NCBI GenBank assembly: GCA_046290385.1
Contig: JBKAGM010000001.1
Location: 1,026-65,025 of the forward strand
Direction: 5' to 3'
DNA: 64,000 nt
From: Gammaproteobacteria bacterium
GTDB lineage: Bacteria > Pseudomonadota > Gammaproteobacteria > JAGOUN01
Shown here: in pieces, positions 30,787-41,717 of the stretch
Layout of the letters: each line of letters begins with the position of its first letter
Numbering within the stretch: position 1 is the stretch's first letter
Program-made: the position numbers and the translations under genes
Notes under the pieces: generated by a model
What the model was told of the DNA's origin: nothing
The model's input: the letters and a program-made list of their open reading frames with translations, nothing else
Database searches by the model: none

Positions 30787-32476
30787 GGGGAAAAAGAAAA
30801 TGAAAAATTGGAAAGAATCTTGGAATGATAATTCTCGAACCTTTAAAAAGTATTGTGCTCAGCAAAAGCTTAAATTCCAAAAAGGATTGGAGTGTCCTGA
30901 GAAAGCACAGAGAGATGTATTAGATGATATTTTATCAATCACGCAGGCAAGCGAATTCGGACGAGAACATAAGCTTAAGCAAGTTAAGGATATCAAATCA
31001 TTACGTAATAATGTACCTATTCGTAGTTATGATCAATATAAGCCTTGGATTGAGCGCGAAATTTTAGCTAAAGGGGGCGTGCTCAGTACTGCCAAATTAG
31101 TGAGATGGCTAAAAACGAGTGGATCTACGGGGAGCTCTAAGAAAATCCCATATTCAATTCATTGGATGGAGAATTATCGTAGTCAAGCACTAGGAGTCTT
31201 GTGGGCAAGCTATTTGGAGGCAGCACCAGAGATATTATCTCATCCATATGCAATACTGGATACACAAACGATTCGTGAAAAAATCTCTAGTAATCTAAAT
31301 GGGTTACCATATCAAGGAATTACCAACAGAAATCCAATTTTAAGTAATCTTGATTGGATGCCTCCTTGGGCTAACGCACCGTGGATGACAGATGATGTTC
31401 CAAATGGTTATGAAAATCGAATGTATTATCGTCTAAGATATTTTCTTGGTCAAGATCTTCGTGTAATTACTGCCATTAATCCAAGCACTCTTGTAGCGAT
31501 GCATTTACATTTAAGAAAGTTTTTACCAATGCTTGTTAAAGAAGTACATAACGGCACATTTATAGGAAAAAAAATCTTTGTACCAAATTCCGAATTAGCA
31601 GAAAAAATATCTAGTTTTACAGAAAGTAGTTCGCTTACAGATATATGGCCTAACTTATCACTCATTACTTGTTGGACAACAGCATCTGCCAAATTATATA
31701 AACCACAGCTTGATTTAATATTCCCGGGAGTAAAAGTATTGCCATTTATGACATGCGGTACAGAAGGAGTAGTGACACTTCCAGCTGATTTAAAAAATCA
31801 AGTAGGAGTGTTAGCCATAACGCAAGGTTTTTATGAATTTATTCCGGCAGAAATAGATTTAGAGAGTTGTTTAGGAAAAGATTCATCTGTTAAAACGTTG
31901 TTATTCAATGAGCTTGAGTTTGGTAAGGAATATCATTTAATAATGTCACAAGCAAATGGTCTTTATCGATTAGCAGTTGGAGATGTTTATAAAGTTATAG
32001 GTTTTGTTGGAAGCGTTCCTCGTATTGAATTTGTTCGTAGACATGGAACTTATTTTTCATTTACAGGTGAAAAAATTACAGAGTCACAAATGCTTGATTC
32101 TGTAGAAAGTGCAATAATCCATTCTAGTAATAAAGTTGGTCTATTTATGTGTTTTCCTGTATGGGGTGATATACCTTATTACAGAATATTAATCGAAACA
32201 GATTCATATAATGATGTGGTGGCTTCTGTAGAAATGGCCAGATTAATTGATACTAAACTATCGGAGATTAATGAAGAATATCAAAGTAAACGTGCAAGTC
32301 ATCGACTAGGAAAGGTAGAAGTATCATTTATTAAAACTGGTGTAATCAATAACTATTTAGAAGATAAAAAGAGTGGTGCCAACGCAACACAATATAAATA
32401 TAAACCTCTCCAAACAGATTTTAATTTGTGTAGTAAGTTGCTATCTGCAAGTAACTTCCAGGAGGTTATGTTGTGA
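30779..32476 (+). CDS. GH3-family adenylate-forming acyl-acid amido synthetase
   Basis: 565 aa; adenylation motif TSGSTGSSKKIPY, analogous to the GH3/JAR1 TSGTT..K.IP motif. Confidence 0.7.
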   Translation: MLKGKKKMKNWKESWNDNSRTFKKYCAQQKLKFQKGLECPEKAQRDVLDDILSITQASEFGREHKLKQVKDIKSLRNNVPIRSYDQYKPWIEREILAKGGVLSTAKLVRWLKTSGSTGSSKKIPYSIHWMENYRSQALGVLWASYLEAAPEILSHPYAILDTQTIREKISSNLNGLPYQGITNRNPILSNLDWMPPWANAPWMTDDVPNGYENRMYYRLRYFLGQDLRVITAINPSTLVAMHLHLRKFLPMLVKEVHNGTFIGKKIFVPNSELAEKISSFTESSSLTDIWPNLSLITCWTTASAKLYKPQLDLIFPGVKVLPFMTCGTEGVVTLPADLKNQVGVLAITQGFYEFIPAEIDLESCLGKDSSVKTLLFNELEFGKEYHLIMSQANGLYRLAVGDVYKVIGFVGSVPRIEFVRRHGTYFSFTGEKITESQMLDSVESAIIHSSNKVGLFMCFPVWGDIPYYRILIETDSYNDVVASVEMARLIDTKLSEINEEYQSKRASHRLGKVEVSFIKTGVINNYLEDKKSGANATQYKYKPLQTDFNLCSKLLSASNFQEVML

Positions 32477-33378
32477 TAGAAAACAAACGAAAAAAATCGT
32501 TTAATTATTCAGTTTGCTCAATTGAATCAGACGGGGCCAAGCTAGCTTTACATAGTTGGGTGCCAGAAAAACCAAAAGCAATGGTTTATTACATACACGG
32601 TATTCAAAGCCATGCTGGTTGGTTGTTTGAAACAGGTTCTTATTTTGCAGAAAAAGGCATAGCAGTTTTTGTGGTTGATCGTCGTGGTTCTGGGAAAAGT
32701 GAAGGAATTCGTGGAGATATAGGAAACCATTTTCAATTACTCAATGACTATTTAAAAATATTAAGAATTATTCGATCATTATATATTCAATTACCACTTA
32801 CACTGATTGGGCAAAGTCTAGGAGGTTCTATTTTGTCAGCTTTATTGGCATTGCCAGATTATGATGTTGAATATAACAAAGTAGTTTTTTGTGCATCGGC
32901 ACTTGGAAAAAAGCATAATGAGGTGAGTGCAATTGATTATGCTCGAGTTATATCCGAAAGTAGCATGGATCTCATTGATATCCCTATCAAAGATGAGGAT
33001 TTCTCGGATCAAAGTAAGTATTTAGATTTCATAAGTTCTGATCCACTACTCTATCGAAAGATAACTAAAAGATCACTAGCAAGTTTGTTGTTAATGGAAA
33101 ACCTTTATCTATCGAAGCCTGGGTTACTATCAGAAAAGCAAGCTGTTTACGTTTGTCCAGAGGAAGATCCAATCGTGAATTTGGATTATTCAATTTCAGT
33201 GTTCCAGAAATTAACAAATGAGCATGGAGAAGTAAAAAGGTTTCAAACTTATAAACACTACCTTTGGTTTACTGATCAATCAATGTTAGTTCATCAGTGG
33301 ATAGTTAACTGGATTTTGTCTACTAAGAAGGAGGTGTTGCATGAAGATTTCGATATATCAAGTAGTACCGCAGCTTAG
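32473..33378 (+). CDS. alpha/beta-fold hydrolase (lysophospholipase/thioesterase-like)
   Basis: HG oxyanion motif (HGIQSHAGW); nucleophile elbow GQSLGGS. Confidence 0.7.
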   Translation: MIENKRKKSFNYSVCSIESDGAKLALHSWVPEKPKAMVYYIHGIQSHAGWLFETGSYFAEKGIAVFVVDRRGSGKSEGIRGDIGNHFQLLNDYLKILRIIRSLYIQLPLTLIGQSLGGSILSALLALPDYDVEYNKVVFCASALGKKHNEVSAIDYARVISESSMDLIDIPIKDEDFSDQSKYLDFISSDPLLYRKITKRSLASLLLMENLYLSKPGLLSEKQAVYVCPEEDPIVNLDYSISVFQKLTNEHGEVKRFQTYKHYLWFTDQSMLVHQWIVNWILSTKKEVLHEDFDISSSTAA

Positions 33379-34516
33379 TGTCGCTTTTGGGCACGCAGAA
33401 ACTGTAAGAAAGAATGCTGAAAGCATTGTCATTAGTGTTGAATATAAAGGTATAAGAGCAATTGGTGAGTGTGCGCCTAGAGAATATGTTACAGGTGAAA
33501 CACTTGACCGAGTTTTTAATACGCTCCAAATTATACCATATAAGAATATTTTAAGAAGTATAGACCAACCAACCTTGATAATGGCAATTGATGCATTTAT
33601 TAAGTGGGACTTAAATAAGCTTACATCTTCTAATAATGCAACGTGTGCACTTGAACTGTTATTTTTGGATTGGCTTGGTCAACGATTTAAAATCCCCGTG
33701 TGTGAAATACTTTACAAATTCTATTTCGGCGCTTCAAAATTAAAGGAAGATTTAGTTTTTAAGACTAGTCAGGTATTGGATTTAGCGATAGATGTGAAAT
33801 ACTTTTTAGAAAATAGAGCTCCTTTCCATACAGTTAAAATTAAAGTTGATGGAGATTTAGAAAAAAATATAGAAAGAGTTTCAAAAATCAGAAGCGCAAT
33901 TGGTAAAGATGTGCCGATTATAGTCGATGCAAATATGTCTTGGACATTATCAGAAGCAATTAGACAAATAAATTATTTAAAAAAATACGATATTTCATTT
34001 TTTGAAGAGCCATTAAAAAAAGGTGCTTTTAAAGAATACGCTATTTTAAAAAAAATAACAGAATTAAAAATATTGCTTGATGAGTCAGTTTGCTCAGCTG
34101 ATGATGCATTAGTGGCAATTCGATTAAATGCGTGTGATGCATTCAACGTTCGTATTTCTAAGTGTGGAGGTATTCGAAATGCTCTAGATATAGTCCGAAT
34201 CGCGCGTATCAATAATCTTCAATTTCAAATAGGGGCCCAAGTAGCTGAGGTTGGGCCGCTAATTGCTGCAGGTAGACATTTGCGAAGTATTGTAGATGAT
34301 GCCATAACATTTGAAGCTGGACAGCCAGAACGTTGGTTTAGAGATTATTTGGTAACCCCTATGCCCCTTGTGGATAGAAGTACAAATTTAACTGGATTCT
34401 TACTAAAACCAGGTTTGGGAGTTGAACTAACAAGGTTCATAAAAAGTTGTTCAGAAAAGATGGCATTATGGAATGATAAAAGCAAACGATTTACTGAGGA
34501 GCATAAAATAACATGA
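33341..34516 (+). CDS. enolase-superfamily enzyme, MR/MLE subgroup (dipeptide epimerase/OSBS/N-acyl amino acid racemase-like)
   Basis: KIKVDG (KxK), DANMSW, FFEEP and LLDES metal-ligand motifs in the canonical order. Confidence 0.8.
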   Translation: MKISIYQVVPQLSVAFGHAETVRKNAESIVISVEYKGIRAIGECAPREYVTGETLDRVFNTLQIIPYKNILRSIDQPTLIMAIDAFIKWDLNKLTSSNNATCALELLFLDWLGQRFKIPVCEILYKFYFGASKLKEDLVFKTSQVLDLAIDVKYFLENRAPFHTVKIKVDGDLEKNIERVSKIRSAIGKDVPIIVDANMSWTLSEAIRQINYLKKYDISFFEEPLKKGAFKEYAILKKITELKILLDESVCSADDALVAIRLNACDAFNVRISKCGGIRNALDIVRIARINNLQFQIGAQVAEVGPLIAAGRHLRSIVDDAITFEAGQPERWFRDYLVTPMPLVDRSTNLTGFLLKPGLGVELTRFIKSCSEKMALWNDKSKRFTEEHKIT

Positions 34517-36243
34517 ACCGCGTAGATAAGTATAATTCTGATTTATTAGTTGATTTATTGAAGTCTCATAAAATAGATTTTATTACGGCTAATCCAGGAT
34601 CAACGATTAGAGGATTATATGACTCTATCATCAATGATAAGAGCGATGAAAATATAGAATTAATACTCTGTTGTCATGAAGAAATTAGTGTTGCTCTTGC
34701 GCATGGATATGCAAAAATTTCTGGTAAACCGATGGTGGTTTTGTTACACGGAAATATCGGGCTTTTGCATGCAAGTATGGCAATTTTCAACGCTTGGGTA
34801 GATCGAGTGCCTATGATAATTATAAATGGTATAGGTCCTATGGCTGTTGAAAAAAGAAGACCATGGATTGATTGGATTCATACATCACAGAATCATGCTA
34901 ATGTATTACAAGGTATTGTAAAATGGCAGGATCAACCTGCTAGCTTTCCAAGTGTTGTTGAGTCTTTTAAAAGAGCATATAAGCTTACTAATATTTCACC
35001 TCAAGCACCAGTATATCTCACTATTGATGCAGCGGTTCAAGAAGAAATAACTGCTGAGTCGGATTTAAACTTGCTTCCATTGAAATTGCCCCTAAATGGT
35101 CAAGCTGATGAGCACTCATTACGGCTCTTAGCCAAAAGTTTATCTTTAGCGAGCAATCCTCTCATAATAGTAGATCATATGGGTAGAGTGCCTGAGAGTA
35201 TTAACTATCTGATTGAAATAGTCGAAGAGTTACAAATACCTGTTATAGATTGCGGAGGTCGGTATAATTTTCCAAATACACATCCACTATGCTTAACAGG
35301 TATGCCGTCAGAATTCTATCAAGAAATAGATTTTGTTTTAGCAATTGACGTTGCAGATCTGTCAGCAGCGTTACAAAAATTTTCCAAAGATATTGAAATT
35401 TATCGAATAGACCTTAATGATTCATTGGTTAGCAGTTGGGTAGCAGATTATTGTGAAAATATTGATGTTAAATGTCATATAAATTCTGACAGTAGCGTTA
35501 CACTTCCGGTTTTGCTTGATTACTGTAGACAAATCATTCCCAAAATTAATTTATCAAGTTTGCAAAATCGAGGCGATGTTTGGAGACAGAGACATTATGA
35601 TTTACGTGAACAATGGATTCAAAAATCAAAACAATTGTCGCGTGGTAAGCGACTTTCAGTTTTGTCTGTTTTTGATAAGTTTTGGAATGTAATTCGATTT
35701 GAAGATTGGGTAGTAGTCAATGATGCTAGCATTCCTATGGGTAAGCAGTTAAGGAAAATATGGAAATTTGAGCATGATGGTTGCACTATTGGAAATAGCG
35801 GGGGTTGTGGATTGGGATATGGTATAGGTGCCTCCATTGGAGCAGCTTTAGCTTTAAAAAACACGGGAAAAATTGCCATTGGTTTTCAAGGTGATGGAGA
35901 TTTTTTGTTTACACCTAGTGCATTATGGACAGCCGCGCATTACAAAGTATCACTTCTTATTGTCATTATGAATAATGGCGGATATCAGAATACAGCTAAA
36001 CATGCGCATGAAGTTTCACAACAACGATCTAGATCAATGAAAAAAATTATGATTGGTAACGCTATTACAGATCCTAATGTAAATTATTTTAAACTTGCAA
36101 ATTCTTTTGGAGTTGCTGCATTACCTGCAATCGAGAAAATAGACGAAATTATTCCATCAGTACGTAAAGCCATAGATTATATTAAAGAAAATAAAAAACC
36201 ATTTTTATTAGAAATTAAGGTGGGGGATAAATATGAAAATTAA
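34513..36243 (+). CDS. thiamine-diphosphate-dependent enzyme of the ALS/PDC/Xsc family
   Basis: 576 aa; TPP motif GDGDFLF...NNGGY; three-domain length. Confidence 0.75.
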   Translation: MNRVDKYNSDLLVDLLKSHKIDFITANPGSTIRGLYDSIINDKSDENIELILCCHEEISVALAHGYAKISGKPMVVLLHGNIGLLHASMAIFNAWVDRVPMIIINGIGPMAVEKRRPWIDWIHTSQNHANVLQGIVKWQDQPASFPSVVESFKRAYKLTNISPQAPVYLTIDAAVQEEITAESDLNLLPLKLPLNGQADEHSLRLLAKSLSLASNPLIIVDHMGRVPESINYLIEIVEELQIPVIDCGGRYNFPNTHPLCLTGMPSEFYQEIDFVLAIDVADLSAALQKFSKDIEIYRIDLNDSLVSSWVADYCENIDVKCHINSDSSVTLPVLLDYCRQIIPKINLSSLQNRGDVWRQRHYDLREQWIQKSKQLSRGKRLSVLSVFDKFWNVIRFEDWVVVNDASIPMGKQLRKIWKFEHDGCTIGNSGGCGLGYGIGASIGAALALKNTGKIAIGFQGDGDFLFTPSALWTAAHYKVSLLIVIMNNGGYQNTAKHAHEVSQQRSRSMKKIMIGNAITDPNVNYFKLANSFGVAALPAIEKIDEIIPSVRKAIDYIKENKKPFLLEIKVGDKYEN

Positions 36244-36949
36244 TGTATTGCAGCATATAGGTGATAATAGTACATCTTTAGAAAAAGTTGTAGTAGTGAT
36301 CGATCAATATAGGGCTAGCTCTACTATTGTTACGGCGCTAGCTAATGGCGTTCAAAAAATAATACCATGTCTTTCGCTAGAGGAAGCGTTAGCAAAAAAA
36401 GCGCTTAGTGAATATAAAAATTTCTTAGTCTTGGGTGAGCAAAATGCTAGAAAATCAGAAAAGGCCTCACTAGGTAATTCACCTCTTCCATTCACTGTAA
36501 AAAATCACGGCATTAAAGAAATTTTAATGGCAACTACAAATGGAACAAAAGCATTGAAGCGCGCACAACATGCTCAAAAAATTATGTTGTGTAGCTTTTT
36601 AAATCTTTCCGCCATAGCAGAAAAGTTAATAAAATGTGATTCAGATTTTACAATTCTTTGTTCAGGCTCTAAAGGAAAGTTTTGTTTAGAAGATGTAATC
36701 TGCGCAAGCCTATTGATACAGCGTATTCAAAAAAAAGAAAGTTGTTTTTTTATAGATGATTTTACACGACTTGTTGCGGCATTAAATGAAGATCAGCAAT
36801 CTTTATTATGTGAAAGTAAATCATATAAGAAGTTAAAGAGTTTGGGATTTAATAGCGATTTAGACTTTTGTGATCAACAAGATTTGTATGAATCTGTACC
36901 GGTTTATTTAAAAACAGGTTTTATCAAGGAGTGTAAAAATGATAGGTAG
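36233..36949 (+). CDS. ComB-family (2-phosphosulfolactate phosphatase-like) phosphatase
   Basis: 238 aa; VVVIDQYRASSTI and LGNSP motifs match ComB-family signatures as recalled from memory. Confidence 0.5.
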   Translation: MKINVLQHIGDNSTSLEKVVVVIDQYRASSTIVTALANGVQKIIPCLSLEEALAKKALSEYKNFLVLGEQNARKSEKASLGNSPLPFTVKNHGIKEILMATTNGTKALKRAQHAQKIMLCSFLNLSAIAEKLIKCDSDFTILCSGSKGKFCLEDVICASLLIQRIQKKESCFFIDDFTRLVAALNEDQQSLLCESKSYKKLKSLGFNSDLDFCDQQDLYESVPVYLKTGFIKECKNDR

Positions 36950-38486
36950 ATTAAAAAATAAAAAACGAGAAGATGAAGTTCTGCTTTTAAGTGAAGGGCA
37001 AGGTGTAGAGGAGGATAGGGATCAGAATGATAGTAATGGAGAGTTAAGCGCCCATGGCATGTTTCTTGATTTAATTATTAATGGTTGGACTTTTAGCGCT
37101 GTTCGTATTCCTGATATGGCAGTAGAAATCATTGAGGGAGCTATTTTTTCCCGATTAGGACGAAATTATCTTGCAGCTGATGGTTTTATAGTTATAGAAC
37201 ATCGTGTATTTGCCACTACTGCATTAGGCGTTATTTTTGGTCTTGGTAATCTGCTAGATGAAGTAAAAGATGACTCTGTGCGACGTGGCCAAGTTTTTCG
37301 GCAAATATTTATTTTAGCGTTAGCTTTGAGTATCCCTGTCACCGCACTTTTAGCAATGAGCGAGCCAATTTTGATAGCACTTGGACAAAATAGAGATGTT
37401 GCTAAGATAACAGGTAATTTTTATATCGCTGCGCTAGTAAATACACCATTTTATATAGTTTTTTCTTCACTGCAACTATTATTCTTGACGTTGGGCCGTT
37501 CTGGTACTGGACTCAAGCTCAACTTTATCAACAATATTTTGAGTGTCATATTGAGCGGATTGCTTGCTCTTGGTTCAGGAAGCATTCCCCAGCTAAATGA
37601 ATGGGGAATGGGATTGGGTAGAAGTCTTTCGTCTATTATTATGGTGGGTGTAATTTCAATTGTACTCTACCGTGATAGTGTACAGCGAGAATCTCTCTTC
37701 AGCTGGACTCTTGGTGAAACTCAGTTTTTCCGCATGTTAAAACTAGGGCTGCCATATGGTGTTCAAGTTGGATCAGATTTTTTAATGCAATATGTGTTGG
37801 CGATATTGCTAGGTCGTATTGGAAAGAATGCATTAGCTGAAGCACGTGTTGCTGATATGGTCTATATGATTCCATTTGTGATGTTAGCTAGGTCGCCTCA
37901 AATCGTCGCGGCTCATGCTAGAACCGCAAAAGAAAATCAGAATCAAGGATATATAAAAAGATCAATGTTAATCAGCAGCTTAACTAATGGAGTGGCAGTG
38001 GGTATATGGATATTGATAACGAGTATTGGCGCAGATCCATTATTAAAGTATGTATTTGATTTGGATTCTCATAAAGAAAATGATTCCAAGATTATTTCTG
38101 GAGCTAAATTTTTAATGTTTATGACAGGGATTACTTTATTATCAGAGGTGGTTCGTTTTGTTTCAGGTTCTGTGCTTAGAGGGCTTGAAGACACAGTATC
38201 ACCTATGATTAATAGTATTGTTGTTCTTGATATCTTAGGGATAACCGTGCTGCTGACAGCTGCGCTGGGTTTTAATTTGGATGAAGAGGCGTTATATGGT
38301 ATTAGGGCAGCTATTATGTTTCTCGCATCTATGACGATTACAGCGTATGCAACACATATAGTAAAAGGGATACCACAGTTAAGCCAGTCAAATTATGCTA
38401 TCTGGAACGAAAATAATTTGGCTCCTTTAGTGTTAGAGAACGTAGTTGAAGATGATATAGAAGAAGGAGTTAAAAATGGTCAATAG
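36939..38486 (+). CDS. MATE-like polytopic efflux transporter
   Basis: 515 aa; ~12 TM helices in two halves; ~50-aa N-terminal cytoplasmic extension. Confidence 0.45.
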   Translation: MIGRLKNKKREDEVLLLSEGQGVEEDRDQNDSNGELSAHGMFLDLIINGWTFSAVRIPDMAVEIIEGAIFSRLGRNYLAADGFIVIEHRVFATTALGVIFGLGNLLDEVKDDSVRRGQVFRQIFILALALSIPVTALLAMSEPILIALGQNRDVAKITGNFYIAALVNTPFYIVFSSLQLLFLTLGRSGTGLKLNFINNILSVILSGLLALGSGSIPQLNEWGMGLGRSLSSIIMVGVISIVLYRDSVQRESLFSWTLGETQFFRMLKLGLPYGVQVGSDFLMQYVLAILLGRIGKNALAEARVADMVYMIPFVMLARSPQIVAAHARTAKENQNQGYIKRSMLISSLTNGVAVGIWILITSIGADPLLKYVFDLDSHKENDSKIISGAKFLMFMTGITLLSEVVRFVSGSVLRGLEDTVSPMINSIVVLDILGITVLLTAALGFNLDEEALYGIRAAIMFLASMTITAYATHIVKGIPQLSQSNYAIWNENNLAPLVLENVVEDDIEEGVKNGQ

Positions 38487-39204
38487 CTTGAAAGATAAAA
38501 AAATTGTCGTAATAGGTGGGAGTTCTGGTATTGGGTTTGAGACAGCAAAGTTATTTGCAGAATCGGGATCAAATGTTGTAATAGGTGGGCGAGATCAAGC
38601 AAAACTTAATCGTAAAAAAATAGAGCTAAGGGGAAACGTTGAAGCATTTTCAATTGATATTATGAATCTTGATTCTGTTCAGTTTTTTTTTGAGCGTGTT
38701 GGAAAATTTGATCACCTACATATTCCAGCAAGTAATATGAAGACCGGTAGTTTAAAAGATTTTGAAATTGCACTGGCAAGGCAATCTTTTGATAGTAAAT
38801 TTTGGGGTCCATATCAAGTTGCTAAAATAGCTTTGTCTTATTTATCTGACGTGGGCTCAATGACTTTTTTTTCTGGTGCGTATAGTCAGCGTCCTATTGC
38901 TTCAGGAGCTGCGATTGGATCAGCAATTAATAGTGCTATTGAAGGACTCGTTAGAGCTCTTGCGGTTGAATTGGCGCCTATTCGTGTTAATGCTATTTCA
39001 CCAGGACTTACAATGACTGAGCGATTTACTGAGAATTATTCACCAGAAGCACTAAAAGCATTAACAGAAAATTTTTCAGAGCACTTATTAATTAAGCGGC
39101 CAGCTGAATCAACAGAGGTTGCGTTAGCTGCTAAATATTTAACTGAGTGTTCTTATGTGACTGGTACAACATTATTTGTTGATGGTGGGTTGTCTTTACA
39201 TTGA
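38476..39204 (+). CDS. short-chain dehydrogenase/reductase
   Basis: IGGSSGIGFETAK Rossmann motif. Confidence 0.75.
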   Translation: MVNSLKDKKIVVIGGSSGIGFETAKLFAESGSNVVIGGRDQAKLNRKKIELRGNVEAFSIDIMNLDSVQFFFERVGKFDHLHIPASNMKTGSLKDFEIALARQSFDSKFWGPYQVAKIALSYLSDVGSMTFFSGAYSQRPIASGAAIGSAINSAIEGLVRALAVELAPIRVNAISPGLTMTERFTENYSPEALKALTENFSEHLLIKRPAESTEVALAAKYLTECSYVTGTTLFVDGGLSLH

Positions 39205-39210
39205 TGAAAA

Positions 39211-40047
39211 ATGAAGGGGAAAATTATGAAAAATAGTATAGTTATGAATGGTGGTACGCTTCAGCATTTATCTTTGATAAATGCTCTTAAGGTAACAAAG
39301 GATTCAGGTTATGATGGCTATGGTGTATGGTCAAACCAAATTTGCTCATCATTCGGCCATCATAATCAAGATGAATATTGTCAAATAATCATAGAAAGTG
39401 GGTTATCTATTCCTGAGATAATTTGGTTAAAGCCTTGGTTATATGTGAATGGTGAAGAGAAAAAGCAATCTATAAGTGATATTGAAAATCTATGCCAAGT
39501 TGCTAAGAAAATCAATGCTAGGATTATTACTGCACCAACTTATGGAGTATCGAATGATATTCAGTTAGCACAAAATAACTATAAAGATTTTTGTGATATT
39601 GCAGCCTGCTATGAATTAAAAGTTGGGTTGGAGTTTGTACCCATTTTTACTATTGATAGTTTGCTTTCAGCTTATGCATTGGTGCAAGCAGTAGATAGAA
39701 ATAATAGCGGAATCATTATTGATACTTTCCATGTTTTTAAAGGGAGCACTTCGCTAAGCGATATACAAAAAGTACCTGTTGAAAAAATGTTGTTGGTTCA
39801 TTTGTGTGATTTTAATGATGAAGATCCTTGTGGTGATATTCTATTTGAAGCTCGAAATAAGCGATTATCTCCAGGTAGAGGTGTATTTGATCTGCAGAGC
39901 TTTATTAGTGAAATGACAATACATGGTTATGAAGGATCATATTCGTTAGAAGTGTTGAATCAAAATAATCGCAATATAAATTCAGAAAGTTTTTCAATTA
40001 GTATCTTAAAGGATGCTAAAAATATTTTAGGTGTGAAAAGGAGATAG
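39211..40047 (+). CDS. xylose-isomerase-like TIM-barrel protein (sugar-phosphate isomerase/epimerase family)
   Basis: GLEF, DTFH and HLCD metal-ligand motifs. Confidence 0.65.
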   Translation: MKGKIMKNSIVMNGGTLQHLSLINALKVTKDSGYDGYGVWSNQICSSFGHHNQDEYCQIIIESGLSIPEIIWLKPWLYVNGEEKKQSISDIENLCQVAKKINARIITAPTYGVSNDIQLAQNNYKDFCDIAACYELKVGLEFVPIFTIDSLLSAYALVQAVDRNNSGIIIDTFHVFKGSTSLSDIQKVPVEKMLLVHLCDFNDEDPCGDILFEARNKRLSPGRGVFDLQSFISEMTIHGYEGSYSLEVLNQNNRNINSESFSISILKDAKNILGVKRR

Positions 40048-40051
40048 AAGC

Positions 40052-41695
40052 ATGAAAGAATTAGAGAATAAACAATTAGCTAAGCGTATTCGTGAGTCAA
40101 TTATTGAAACAGCTTCAGAAGGGGGATTTCATTTTTCTTCAAGTTTGGGTGTAGTAGAGCTCGTTATAGCTCTATACCGAGTATTTGATTTTGAGAAGAA
40201 TCAAGTTGTTTTCGATGTGGGGCATCAGCGATTTCCTTATTTAATGTTAAGAGATGGTCATTTCAATGTGCCTCACTATGAAGATTACAGCATGTTTATT
40301 TATCCTGGTTTTGCCGGGCTTTCGGCAGCATCAGCTGAAGGGCTATCAGTGAATGACCCTGAAAATAAAGTTATTGCTGTTATTGGAGACGGTTCACTGA
40401 CTTGTGGTGAAGTATTTGAATCATTAAATAACATTGGAGCTCATCAAAGTAATGTTTTGGTGGTGCTCAATGAAAATGGTCAATCGATTGTTGATAATGT
40501 TGGTGCACTTAGCGATGGAAAGTCTGTAAGGCAGTATGCGGAATCTTTAAAGTTTGAATATATAGGTACAGCGGATGGTCACAATACAGAACAGTTAGTT
40601 GAAATATTGGAAGGTCTCAAGCAAAAAAAGCATCCTGTGTTTTTGCATGTAATTACTCAAAAAGGTAAAGGTTATTTGCACTCTGAATCAAATCCAGCTT
40701 TATATCACCGTCCGACGACTTCATTTGATGTGCATACAGGTAAGATTTTGCCAAATCAAGATGTTGCAAAGGCAATGATGGGGGAATCGCTAGACATATT
40801 ACAGAAAAAAAGTTTAGCTATGTTAGAAAAAGGTGAAAGTTTATATTTAATCTCTCCTGCCTGTCCTTTATTTCCAAAAGTTGCAGAAAAATATCCTAAA
40901 AACGTTTTTGATACTGGGATCAGTGAACAGCATTGTATGACTTTTTCTACAACACTGGCAGCAAAAGGAAATAAGGTGATTTGTACAATCATAGCTCCAT
41001 TTTTATCGCGTTGTTATAGTCAAATTTTAGACCTTGCACATCAAAATGCACCATTAGTTATCTCTGTTCCTATGATGGGAGCAAATGCTCTTGGTTCAAC
41101 TCATCAAGCTGTGCATATGTTAGGCGCCCTGAGGCAAATTCCAAATTTATCAATTGTACATGCAATCAATATGAAAGAATATGAGATGTTGTTAGATGAG
41201 ATGTTGGAAGTCGGTAAGCCTGGTATTCTGTTTGTTCCTAAAGAGAATGTGCCATGTGAGGTGGTTGATAATTATGAATATGGGAAGGGGTTTATTTTAA
41301 GAGAAGGATACGCCGCAACGATATTGCCTATTGGCTCAATGTTTTCGATTGCAATTCAATTAGCAGAAAAATATGAGGGCATCGAAATTATTAACCCAAG
41401 GTACTTAAAACCATTGGATTTAGAATTGTTGTTTTCTAGTATTAAAAAAACTGGAAGGTTGTTAATTTTAGAGGATGGACTTAAAGTGGGTGGTTTAGGT
41501 GAAGAAGTAATATCGAAAATATTTGCGTCTATGCCGCATGTTCATTGCAAACATATTGGGTACACAAGCTTATTTCCTAAATATGAAGCATATGATAAAG
41601 CTATTAAAGAATATGATTTTTCATTCGTACGATGTATGAATACACTATCAGAGCTTTTGCAACTAGAAAAGCGAGGTTATCTCAAGTGTGCTTAA
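40052..41695 (+). CDS. DXS-like transketolase-family TPP enzyme
   Basis: GGFHFSSSLGVVEL...DVGHQ and IGDGSLTCGEVFESLNNIG...VLNENGQSI align closely with the 1-deoxy-D-xylulose-5-phosphate synthase signature regions. Confidence 0.8.
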   Translation: MKELENKQLAKRIRESIIETASEGGFHFSSSLGVVELVIALYRVFDFEKNQVVFDVGHQRFPYLMLRDGHFNVPHYEDYSMFIYPGFAGLSAASAEGLSVNDPENKVIAVIGDGSLTCGEVFESLNNIGAHQSNVLVVLNENGQSIVDNVGALSDGKSVRQYAESLKFEYIGTADGHNTEQLVEILEGLKQKKHPVFLHVITQKGKGYLHSESNPALYHRPTTSFDVHTGKILPNQDVAKAMMGESLDILQKKSLAMLEKGESLYLISPACPLFPKVAEKYPKNVFDTGISEQHCMTFSTTLAAKGNKVICTIIAPFLSRCYSQILDLAHQNAPLVISVPMMGANALGSTHQAVHMLGALRQIPNLSIVHAINMKEYEMLLDEMLEVGKPGILFVPKENVPCEVVDNYEYGKGFILREGYAATILPIGSMFSIAIQLAEKYEGIEIINPRYLKPLDLELLFSSIKKTGRLLILEDGLKVGGLGEEVISKIFASMPHVHCKHIGYTSLFPKYEAYDKAIKEYDFSFVRCMNTLSELLQLEKRGYLKCA

Positions 41696-41717
41696 GTTAA
41701 TATAAGGAGAAGTATAT

